Assembly: GCA_003552185.1 (NCBI GenBank)
Contig: PUOW01000187.1
Coordinates: 1-61,638, forward strand
From: Spirochaetaceae bacterium
GTDB lineage: Bacteria; Spirochaetota; Spirochaetia; DSM-27196; SLAA01
Reading direction: 5' to 3'
DNA length: 61,638 nucleotides
Below are positions 8,802-17,150 of this stretch, piece by piece. The number at the start of each line of letters is the position of its first letter. Position 1 is the stretch's first letter. The translations under genes were made by a program, and so were the position numbers. Below the pieces are notes generated by a model that saw only the letters and a program-made list of their open reading frames with translations, was not told where the DNA came from and did no database searches.

Positions 8802-10139
8802 TTAAAACAGCTCGTCCTCGGCCGGAGCGGACTCGCTCGACTCGGCGACTACCTCAGCGGCGCTTTCCACCGCAGCATCGGCATCGTCGACCCGGCCGCC
8901 GACCTGGCCGTCGCCGGCCTGCGAGCCCGAGGAGGCTTTTTTGGTTGAGGAGCCCGAACGCGCTTTGGAGTTCGAGCTCCCGCTGCTGCTTGAGCCTGCC
9001 TTCGCGCCGCCGCCGCTTGCACTGCCGCCGCTTGAACTGCCGCCGCTTGAGGCGCGGTCGGAGTCGCCCCCGGATCCGGCGGCGGAGCCCGCGTCCGCGG
9101 CCGATTCGTCGCCCGTCGAGAACATGATCTTCCGCAGTTTCGCCTCGACCTCGGCGGCGATCTCGGGATTATTCTCGAGAAACTGCTTCACGTTGTCGCG
9201 TCCCTGCCCGATTCGTTCATCGCCGTACGAGTACCAGCTGCCGCTTTTCTGGAAGATGTTGTACTTCACCCCGGCGTCGAGCAAACTACCGGCAGCCGAG
9301 AGCCCGGTGCCGAACATCAACTCGAGCTCTACCTTGCGAAACGGAGGCGCCACTTTGTTCTTCGCGATCTTCACGCGCACGCGGTTGCCGATCGCCTCAT
9401 CGGCTCCCTTCGAGATGGTTTCGATGCGCCGAACCTCGCATCGTACCGACGAGTAGAACTTGAGCGCCTTTCCGCCGGTCGTGGTCTCGGGGTTCCCGAA
9501 CATCACGCCGATCTTCATCCGAATCTGGTTGATGAAGATCATACAGGTGCCGGATTTGTGGAGCGTTCCGGTCAACTTGCGCAACGCCTGGCTCATGAGC
9601 CGTGCCTGCAACCCCACATGCGAGTCGCCCATCTCGCCCTCTATCTCGGCCTGCGGCGTTAATGCGGCAACCGAGTCGACCACGATGATGTCCACAGCCC
9701 CGGAGCGCACCAGCGACTCGGCGATCTCGAGCGCCTGCTCGCCGGTATCCGGTTGCGAGACCCAAAGCTCGTCAATATTGACCCCGAGGTGACCGGCGTA
9801 TATGGGGTCGAGTGCGTGCTCGGCGTCGATAAACGCGGCGATACCGCCCTGTTTCTGCGCTTCGGCGATGGCGTGCAGCGCGAGCGTCGTTTTACCCGAT
9901 GACTCAGGGCCGTACACCTCCACGATTCTGCCTTTCGGGTAGCCGCCGAGCCCCAGCGCCTCGTCGAGCAAAATAGAGCCGCTGGGAATCACCGAGATGT
10001 TCTGCACCTGCCGCCCTTCGTTCATCTTCATGAGCGAGCCTTTGCCGTACTGCTTCTCGATGTTCAACCGGGCCGCTTCGAGCGCGCGAACGCGCTCCTC
10101 TTGGTTGCTCGGAGCACTAAACTGTTCTTTCTTCGCCAT
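8802..10139 (-). CDS. recA: recombinase RecA with ~105-aa Ser/Gly-rich C-terminal extension
   Basis: 445 aa. Walker [13 protein letters not shown], then VDSVAAL, L2 region [23 protein letters not shown]. Residues 341-445 are low-complexity S/G/A ending in the acidic AEDELF. Confidence 0.97.
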   Translation of the reverse strand: MAKKEQFSAPSNQEERVRALEAARLNIEKQYGKGSLMKMNEGRQVQNISVIPSGSILLDEALGLGGYPKGRIVEVYGPESSGKTTLALHAIAEAQKQGGIAAFIDAEHALDPIYAGHLGVNIDELWVSQPDTGEQALEIAESLVRSGAVDIIVVDSVAALTPQAEIEGEMGDSHVGLQARLMSQALRKLTGTLHKSGTCMIFINQIRMKIGVMFGNPETTTGGKALKFYSSVRCEVRRIETISKGADEAIGNRVRVKIAKNKVAPPFRKVELELMFGTGLSAAGSLLDAGVKYNIFQKSGSWYSYGDERIGQGRDNVKQFLENNPEIAAEVEAKLRKIMFSTGDESAADAGSAAGSGGDSDRASSGGSSSGGSASGGGAKAGSSSSGSSNSKARSGSSTKKASSGSQAGDGQVGGRVDDADAAVESAAEVVAESSESAPAEDELF

Positions 10140-10253
10140 TGGAATCCTCGCTGACCGGATAATCTATTGGATGAGCGCGACGGCTCTCTACTAAGTATTA
10201 ACCGGCGCCAATTTCATACTGCTTGTCTTGAGGCATAGTATCGGGCGCATATC

Positions 10254-11393
10254 TTGCAGGTCAATACAACTTCCGCTATGCTACAGAGCATGCGAGGCGA
10301 TCTGTTACTTCTCTCGACGCGCTCGATGCACGACTACGCCGCCCGTGTAGCCCACCAACTCGAGACCTTCCCCGACTTTCACGCCCGCCACAGGCGCGAG
10401 AACTACGTGGGCGACCTACGGCCGGTGCAGTTCGCCGACGGCGAGATCGAGGTTGAGCTTCAAAGCTCGGTACGAGGCCGTGACGTCTTTCTATTTGCGC
10501 AGGCGGGGCGAAACAACCAGCATCTTAGCGTCGAGCAGAACAAGATGGAGCTGTATCACTGCATCGACGCGATTCGGCGTGCGCAACCGCAGCGGATCAC
10601 GCTGTTTGAAACTTACTGCAGCGCCTCGCGCTCCGACCGCACCACCCGGCGGAACTCGGTCGGGTTCTGGGTGCATTACAAAACCTTGATGAGTCTCGGG
10701 GTCGACCACATCATCACCTATCAGCTACATTCCGATAAATCTAAGACCGTTGTAGACCCACGACTCTGCGCGATAGACGATGTCCCGGCGATTCCGTTGG
10801 TTCAGGAGTATATCGCCGACAACTTTATCAAGACGACGAGTGTACTCAGCGAGCGCGTGCAGAACCACTGGCTGTTCTGCTCGGTAGATGCCGGCGGCGA
10901 AGGCATCGCGAAAAAGTACGCTCGCGCATTCGGCACGCACCTCGTTATCGCGCACAAGCAGCGCGACTACAACAAGGCGAACACCGTGGAGTCTACCACT
11001 ATTCTCACCGACTCCTCGCTTAAGGGCAAAGAGGTCTGGATTGTCGACGACATGATCGACACCGGCGGCTCGATCTACACGCTTGCGCAGGAGCTCAAGA
11101 ACCGCGAGGTCGCCAAGATCCACATCGCGATCATTCACCCGGTGTTCTCCGGGCCGGCGCTCGATCGCCTCGCGTGGCTTCACGACAACGGCATGCTCGA
11201 TACCATCCTCGTAACAGACACGCTCGAGGTCACCGACGAGATCAAGCACCGCCTGCCGTCGCTGCACGTGGTGTCCTCGGCGCGCCTCAGCGCGGAGCTC
11301 ATCATGCGCATGAACGAGGAGCAGTCGCTCTCCCCGTTCTTCGACGAATTTCACGCCCGCACCTACCTTTCGTCGCCGAAACTCTTTATGTAG
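10254..11393 (+). CDS. prs: ribose-phosphate pyrophosphokinase (long, divergent form)
   Basis: 379 aa. It has GEIEVELQSSVRGRDVFLF, SRSDR (YARQDR equivalent), SVDAGGEGIAKKYA and the PRPP loop VWIVDDMIDTGGS. TTG start in the track; ATG at 10278 is an alternative. Confidence 0.75.
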   Translation: MQVNTTSAMLQSMRGDLLLLSTRSMHDYAARVAHQLETFPDFHARHRRENYVGDLRPVQFADGEIEVELQSSVRGRDVFLFAQAGRNNQHLSVEQNKMELYHCIDAIRRAQPQRITLFETYCSASRSDRTTRRNSVGFWVHYKTLMSLGVDHIITYQLHSDKSKTVVDPRLCAIDDVPAIPLVQEYIADNFIKTTSVLSERVQNHWLFCSVDAGGEGIAKKYARAFGTHLVIAHKQRDYNKANTVESTTILTDSSLKGKEVWIVDDMIDTGGSIYTLAQELKNREVAKIHIAIIHPVFSGPALDRLAWLHDNGMLDTILVTDTLEVTDEIKHRLPSLHVVSSARLSAELIMRMNEEQSLSPFFDEFHARTYLSSPKLFM

Positions 11394-11451
11394 GTTGTTT
11401 CTGTAGGGTATGCGAAGGCCGCGGCCGGCTTTGGGTGCCGCACCCGGCCAC

Positions 11452-11901
11452 TCAGAACTCCTTTTTCGAATCGACGAGAATCGTGACCGGGCCAAGATTC
11501 TCGCTGCTCACCACCATTACTTCCTGAAACGCGCCGGTGGCCACCTGCACGCCACGCGAGGCGATCGCCTCCACGAAGCGCTGATACAGCGCATCGGCGT
11601 AGTCCGGGCGTGCGGCACGGTTATACGACGGTCGACGACCTTTGCGGGTGTCGCCGTACAAGGTAAACTGTGAGATCACCAAGACCGAGCCACCGGTATC
11701 GAGTACCGAACGATTCATCTTGCCGGCATCGTCCTCGAAGATCCGGAGGTTGAGAACCTTTTCAACCATGTACTCGAGGTCCGTCTCGTCATCCTCGGAA
11801 GCAACTCCGAGATACACCAGAATACCGTGCCCTACTCGCCCGGTCTCGCGCTCGCCCACCGAGACCCGTGCCCGCCCGACTCGTTGTACCACCGCTCGCA
11901 T
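11452..11901 (-). CDS. dtd: D-aminoacyl-tRNA deacylase
   Basis: 149 aa. MRAVVQRV..., GILVYLGV, SQFTLYGDTRKGRRPSY are classic Dtd motifs. Confidence 0.93.
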   Translation of the reverse strand: MRAVVQRVGRARVSVGERETGRVGHGILVYLGVASEDDETDLEYMVEKVLNLRIFEDDAGKMNRSVLDTGGSVLVISQFTLYGDTRKGRRPSYNRAARPDYADALYQRFVEAIASRGVQVATGAFQEVMVVSSENLGPVTILVDSKKEF

Positions 11902-11928
11902 CTATTGCACCGCCTCGCTCAGTTCTGC

Positions 11929-13029
11929 CTACGGCGAGATCCGCCGGATCGATGTAACTTCGAGAGCGGAAATGCCGTTATTGATGATCACTTGCCCGAT
12001 GAGTTCAACCGGCATCGCGGGCTCGACGCGCGCCGAAAAACTCACCCGCGCCGGGACAATCCCCTCGAGAACGCGCTCGTCCTCGTAGCCCACCAGGAAG
12101 TCGAACCGAATATCTTCCTCGTTCGTTTCCAGATTCGCGACCCTACCACGCCATCGCACAAAGGTGCGGTCATACAGCCGGGGCTCGGACATCACCTCAT
12201 CGTAGCTGAAGCTGTCCTCGGGATCGAGGTCGGTGAAGCTCGGAGTTCTCAGGTAGTCTGAGAGCATCCGCGCGCGCTCCTTGAGCTCCTGCTGCGCGTT
12301 GGAATGCAGCACGCGATTGATCTCGCGACGGGCTTCGTTGTCGCGATGCTCGTTGAAGTACCGACCGATGAGCTCGAAGGTGTCCCTAATTTCGTCGGCG
12401 CTCATCACGTACTCGAACTCGCCCTCGTACTGCACAACGTCCTGCTGCATGCGGTCGAGCTCCAGTACCTCGACGCCGTCTCGATCGGGCGGAGGCGGCG
12501 ACTGCACGCGCTCGAACACCAAAGGCAAGGTCGCAAGCAGCCCCGCCGAAAGCAAGACCGCGAGCACCGCGATCGAGATCGGTCGCGGAACGTACGCTCC
12601 GGGAGACGGCAGGTAGCGAGTGATTCCTTCCTGATCGAGCTCTTCGGCCAGCTCGCTTTCGTCCTCGGCGCGCCGCAACGCAGCCAGGCCACGCTTCGCG
12701 ACACGGTTTTTGGGATCTTGATCGAGCACCGAGAGATACAAACGCAGCGCGAGATCGGTTTGCCGGCGCCGCATAGCGATCGCGGCGAGCGCGAGCGCGG
12801 TATCGCTATCCTCGGCGTCGAGCTGCTGTGCGCGCTGCAGGTAGGAGTAGGCTCCCCCGAAATCCCCGTTGTGTAGACACGAAACGCCGAGATAGTAATA
12901 GAAGCGCGGACGGTCGCGATACATGAACACCTGCGGCTCGAGCAGGCGAATAACCTCGCTATAGCGTCTGCGTCGAAAGAGTCGTTCTGCGCGCTTGAGT
13001 CCCTTTGATCTCGCCCTGGCCATGATCAC
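11929..13029 (-). CDS. hypothetical bitopic membrane protein: N-terminal TPR region, one TM helix, C-terminal unknown domain
   Basis: 366 aa with TPR-like repeats (YYYLGVSCLHNGDFGGAYSYLQRAQQLD) and a TM helix ISIAVLAVLLSAGLLATLPLVF. It overlaps the upstream gene by 4 nt. Confidence 0.6.
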   Translation of the reverse strand: MIMARARSKGLKRAERLFRRRRYSEVIRLLEPQVFMYRDRPRFYYYLGVSCLHNGDFGGAYSYLQRAQQLDAEDSDTALALAAIAMRRRQTDLALRLYLSVLDQDPKNRVAKRGLAALRRAEDESELAEELDQEGITRYLPSPGAYVPRPISIAVLAVLLSAGLLATLPLVFERVQSPPPPDRDGVEVLELDRMQQDVVQYEGEFEYVMSADEIRDTFELIGRYFNEHRDNEARREINRVLHSNAQQELKERARMLSDYLRTPSFTDLDPEDSFSYDEVMSEPRLYDRTFVRWRGRVANLETNEEDIRFDFLVGYEDERVLEGIVPARVSFSARVEPAMPVELIGQVIINNGISALEVTSIRRISP

Positions 13030-14258
13030 TGCGCCGAGCGCAACTCCTCGAGTCGTTCGCGCAGCTCGTCGAGTCGCTTGCGCGTGAGCTCGGCCGGGTG
13101 TTCAACCTGTCGATCGAGCTCCTCGATCAAAGCATTGATTTCTTCGAGCTTTTCGAGGTAACGCTCGCGCTCCTCGGCGCTCATCCGCAACGCCGCAACG
13201 GCCGGCATCCGAGCTTCCGCCTCGAGCTCCTCCGGCTCTCGGACCGTGGCGACATCCACCGGGGGCTCCTCGAGCTCGTAGTGTCCGGTAGGAGCGTACC
13301 CACCGAGCACTATCGCAATCTCGCGCGTTTCACCCGCTTCCACCACGATCGGATCGTAGTACACCGCAACCGCCGAGTCGTTCAACGAGTATGGGGGCGC
13401 GCTGAACCGTCTCGCCGGGAGCACCCGATAGTCCCAGGAGCTCTCGTAAAGCCGCTTCCAGTTCGCGAACACAACCCGGTCGGGCGTGGTGACGCCCTCG
13501 CCCAACAATGATTGCTGCAGGGTGAGCTCCGGCTGCTCGGGTGAACGCGAGAACCAGTACCGCACCGAGTCCCGCTCGGGATGCAGCTCATGCTCGAACC
13601 GCACCGGCGTCGCGCGGTGCAGTCGAAAATGCCCCACCTCTCTCGGGGCATCTTCACCGAGGTGCGTATCGAGCAGTAACCGCACTCCCAACTCGCGGCT
13701 GTGCTCGCTTCGGTTGTGTAGCCGCATCACGACACGAACTGCGTCGGGCTCCTCGGCACCACGCGAGCGAATCGGCTCGAACACGCGCTCGATCTCGAGC
13801 TCCTCGCCACCAAACCGCTGATACACAACCGGGCGCCCAACCGCTCGACCGCGCTCGTCCGTTGCAGACTCGCCTTTGGAAGCAGGCTCACCGGCACCCC
13901 CCGACTCGGCACGGTCTCCCGCCGGCCCAGGGTCGCGCACCTCGGTTTGCTCGAGCTGCAGACGCGCCGAGCGACCGAGCACCAGCGTGCGCGCGCCGTC
14001 GCGAACCGTCGTCCGGGTTGCACCCGGGTCGCCGGGAAACAAGAGCGGCTGCATCTCGCCGTCGCCGTCGCGCAGCCACAGCATGAATTCGCCCCGCTCG
14101 GCGTAAACCTCGAGCCCGATGCGCCCGGTTTCGAGCTCAGCGGCCACGCGTCGGCCGGGCTCGGCCTGCACCGCCTGCGGCACCTGCGCAGTCAGCAGCA
14201 CCGATACCGCCGCGAGCAGGCCCACCGAGCGTTCGAGCTTCCGACGCCTTGACCTCAC
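13026..14258 (-). CDS. hypothetical secreted protein with C-terminal coiled coil
   Basis: 410 aa. Signal-like LLAAVSVLLTAQVPQAVQA, a beta-rich middle region, and the C-terminal heptad region ERERYLEKLEEINALIEELDRQV...LRERLEELRSAQ. It has 4-nt overlaps with both neighbours. Confidence 0.6.
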   Translation of the reverse strand: MRSRRRKLERSVGLLAAVSVLLTAQVPQAVQAEPGRRVAAELETGRIGLEVYAERGEFMLWLRDGDGEMQPLLFPGDPGATRTTVRDGARTLVLGRSARLQLEQTEVRDPGPAGDRAESGGAGEPASKGESATDERGRAVGRPVVYQRFGGEELEIERVFEPIRSRGAEEPDAVRVVMRLHNRSEHSRELGVRLLLDTHLGEDAPREVGHFRLHRATPVRFEHELHPERDSVRYWFSRSPEQPELTLQQSLLGEGVTTPDRVVFANWKRLYESSWDYRVLPARRFSAPPYSLNDSAVAVYYDPIVVEAGETREIAIVLGGYAPTGHYELEEPPVDVATVREPEELEAEARMPAVAALRMSAEERERYLEKLEEINALIEELDRQVEHPAELTRKRLDELRERLEELRSAQ

Positions 14259-15304
14259 TCGCCCGCCTCCGCGTCACCGTCGTTTTCTTCGCCGTCGTTG
14301 TTTTCACCTTCGTCTTCAGGCAGCTGCTCGAGCAACTCGCTGAGTAGCCGGCGGCGCATCTCCAACGCCTCGGCCTTGAGCTCCAGTGCTTCAAAACGCC
14401 GCCGATAGGCTCGCACCGTGGTTTCGGGTGCCGCTTGCGCATCTCGAAGCTCAAACACCTCCTGCTCGAGCTCGGCGAGCCGGCGATCGCGTTGCTCGAG
14501 CCGTTGCTCGAGATCGCGTCGTTCATGCTCGAGTTCCAGTAACTGTTCGCGATACTCACTCGGGGCCTGCCGGATCAGTGTGAGCCGGTACTCCTCAACG
14601 GCCTCCTCGAGCGCTTGCTCTCGACGATCGAGCTCGTCGAGCAGGCTGAGCTGTTCCTCATGGCTCCAACGGAGCAACCGGCGAAAATACGCATCACGCC
14701 GCCGTAGCTCCATGAGATCGAGCCGCGCCTCGGCGGTAGCGGCCCGGTAACTCTCGGGGAAGCTCTCGAGCACGGTTTCGAACATCGCCTGCGATTCCTC
14801 GAGATGCCCGAGCGCGAGCAGCGCCTCACCGGCCCAGTAATACGCGTTTCCGAGAAACCGCGACTCGGGACTTTCTTCAACAAAAGCGGCGAACCGTTGA
14901 AGCGCTTCGCCGTAGCGCTGCTCGAGGTAGGCGGCGCGCCCCTGGTGATACAGTGCCTCGCCGGCGGCGCGGCTGCGGGGGTACTCGCGACGCACCTGCT
15001 CGAGCCTCGCGCCGGCCTCGGCGAGATCCTCGGCGGCGATCGAGGATTTGGCGCTCCACAGCCACAGCTCGGCGGCATGCTGCGGCTCGTTCTCGTCCGC
15101 TGCGCGCTCGGCTGCTCGTGCAAACGTTTCGGCGGCGTCACGGTAACGCTCGGCTTGAAACAGCTCAACCGCCTCGCGCACTCGCTCGCGCTCCGGAAGT
15201 CGCTCCAACGTAATCGCGGGAAGCGCGGCTAGTACCATCGCGCCGATCGTCCCCACCCGTAACACTCGTCGCATCGATGCTCGTAATTGCATACTGTGCC
15301 TCAC
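14255..15304 (-). CDS. hypothetical exported TPR (YbgF/CpoB-like) + long coiled-coil protein
   Basis: 349 aa. N-terminal hydrophobic signal/anchor, 3-4 TPR-like repeats (NAYYWAGEALLALGHLEESQAMFETVLESFPES), a ~130-aa Glu/Arg/Leu coiled coil, and an acidic tail. Confidence 0.6.
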   Translation of the reverse strand: MRHSMQLRASMRRVLRVGTIGAMVLAALPAITLERLPERERVREAVELFQAERYRDAAETFARAAERAADENEPQHAAELWLWSAKSSIAAEDLAEAGARLEQVRREYPRSRAAGEALYHQGRAAYLEQRYGEALQRFAAFVEESPESRFLGNAYYWAGEALLALGHLEESQAMFETVLESFPESYRAATAEARLDLMELRRRDAYFRRLLRWSHEEQLSLLDELDRREQALEEAVEEYRLTLIRQAPSEYREQLLELEHERRDLEQRLEQRDRRLAELEQEVFELRDAQAAPETTVRAYRRRFEALELKAEALEMRRRLLSELLEQLPEDEGENNDGEENDGDAEAGE

Positions 15305-15357
15305 TTACAGTGTCGACCGCTTACCGCTAAACTAAAGGCGTCCGGCTGCGCAGAGCG

Positions 15358-16017
15358 CTATGCAATCTGCTGCCCCTGAAGCGTTTGCACCTCGAGGGCA
15401 GGCTCCGAACTCTTGAAGAAACTCGAGCCCGAGACCATGACGTCTACGCCTGCGGCGCGTAGCCGCTCGGCGTTCTCACGGTTTACACCCCCGTCGACCG
15501 ATATTCGAAACTGCGCGTTACGTTGCCGACGCATCTCGGCGACCCGGCGCACCTTTTCGACGCATTCCGGAATCAAGGATTGCCCACCGAAGCCGGGATT
15601 CACCGTCATGATCAAGACCAGCTCGAGCTCATCGAGCAGGTGCTCGAGCACGTTTACCGGCGTAGAAGGAACGAGGGCGACACCGCGCCCTACCCCATGC
15701 GCGCCTATCTGCTGCAGCAGCCGATGCGCATGCACCGCCGCCTCGATATGAAAGGTCACGAAATCGGCGCCGGCCTCGATGTACTGCACGAGCGAACGCT
15801 CGGGTGCCGATATCATAAGGTGCACGTCGAGCGGGAGCTTGGTACGCGCGCGCACGTCGGCCACCATCTTCGGGCCGAACGTGAGGTTCGGCACAAAATG
15901 CCCATCCATCACATCGAGATGAACCCACTCGGCGCCGCTCTGCTCGATGCGCTGCAGCGCCTCGCCGACCGCGGTAAAATCCGCCGACAAAACCGACGGT
16001 GCCACAATTACGCTCAT
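15358..16017 (-). CDS. rpe: ribulose-phosphate 3-epimerase
   Basis: 219 aa. APSVLSADF, HLDVMDGHFVPNLTFG, MTVNPGFGGQ motifs. Confidence 0.95.
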   Translation of the reverse strand: MSVIVAPSVLSADFTAVGEALQRIEQSGAEWVHLDVMDGHFVPNLTFGPKMVADVRARTKLPLDVHLMISAPERSLVQYIEAGADFVTFHIEAAVHAHRLLQQIGAHGVGRGVALVPSTPVNVLEHLLDELELVLIMTVNPGFGGQSLIPECVEKVRRVAEMRRQRNAQFRISVDGGVNRENAERLRAAGVDVMVSGSSFFKSSEPALEVQTLQGQQIA

Positions 16018-16123
16018 TCTGCTATAATATCCGAACGCACAAACGCGTGTAAATCGTCATGAGACCTCGTGCGACGCCATTATACGAGGCAAACGCGGCC
16101 CACAGGGGTCCACACGCGGGGCG

Positions 16124-16153
16124 TTGACTCGAAACGAAGAAAAAGATTACGAT
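16124..16153 (+). promoter_or_regulatory. candidate sigma-70-type promoter for the 16180 TPR gene / greA
   Basis: TTGACT (16124..16129), 18 nt, TACGAT (16148..16153). An AGGA SD lies 5 nt before the ATG at 16180. Pattern match only. Confidence 0.3.
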
Positions 16154-16179
16154 CAGCAGGTACAATATAATAGGATACT

Positions 16180-17133
16180 ATGCACGCACATGACTCGGTC
16201 GCGAGTAACGAAAACACCCAAGAATTGCTGAACCACGCCTATGACGCAATCAAGCATCACCATCTCGAGGAGGCGGCCGAGGGCATCGAGCGAGCGTTAG
16301 CGCTCGATTTCGACAATGCCGAGGTTGTCACGGCGCTGAAGTACGTCAATTTTTGGCGAGATCGAGGCCGTGCGGTACAAGAGATCGCAACCGGGTTCGA
16401 GCAGGCTGAGTATCTCGTGTCGCAGTGGCGCTTGTTCAATCACTTCGTGGAACGCGTCGGCGAGGCTTCCGAGAAATGCCTGTACGCGGTCAGGCAGCAT
16501 GTGTTCGACAGCGCGCTCGAGCGTTATCGACAGCTGCTTGATGAATCATTTGAGGCCGACTCTGAGCTACTGCTGCGAATCGGTCGATGTTATAAGGGGA
16601 AGGGAGAGTACGACAACGCTCTCGAGACGTTGCGGCGAGCGGCATCGCAGAAGAAAGACGATCCGGAGATCTACGCCGAACTCGCGGACTGCTACGCATT
16701 CGTGAACGAGATTCAACGTTCGAAGGCGTTCTTTCGCGAGGCATTCTTTCTCGGGGCTCACCGGATAGACCTCGGGCTGCTCGAGTCGGAACTCATAACC
16801 CGCCTGGTCGCGAAACTACGCGAGGCAGGCTATGAATCACCGGAGCTCGAGGAGTGGCTGCCGGTGTACGGTGTGCTCTACGGGGTGTTTACCGTGAAGC
16901 GTGAGCTGCGCTCAATCGAATATGGACGGCTCAAGCAGTCGATATACGCTCTCGAGCGCGAGCACAGCGACAAACGCGGCAGGAACGAGCTGTTGGTACC
17001 GCGGCTGATCAATCGCTATTTCTGGCTGATTGATCATTATCTCAACACCGGCGAAGACCGGGCTAAGATCGATGAAGTGCTGCTGAAGCTGCGCAGCATC
17101 GATCCGAAAACGTACGAACATTACATTACCTGA
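16180..17133 (+). CDS. hypothetical TPR-like protein
   Basis: 317 aa, all-helical with TPR-like units (RIGRCYKGKGEYDNALETLRRAASQKKDDPEIYAELADCYAF). It ends 17 nt before greA. Confidence 0.6.
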   Translation: MHAHDSVASNENTQELLNHAYDAIKHHHLEEAAEGIERALALDFDNAEVVTALKYVNFWRDRGRAVQEIATGFEQAEYLVSQWRLFNHFVERVGEASEKCLYAVRQHVFDSALERYRQLLDESFEADSELLLRIGRCYKGKGEYDNALETLRRAASQKKDDPEIYAELADCYAFVNEIQRSKAFFREAFFLGAHRIDLGLLESELITRLVAKLREAGYESPELEEWLPVYGVLYGVFTVKRELRSIEYGRLKQSIYALEREHSDKRGRNELLVPRLINRYFWLIDHYLNTGEDRAKIDEVLLKLRSIDPKTYEHYIT

Positions 17134-17150
17134 GTGGGGAGCAGAACATT

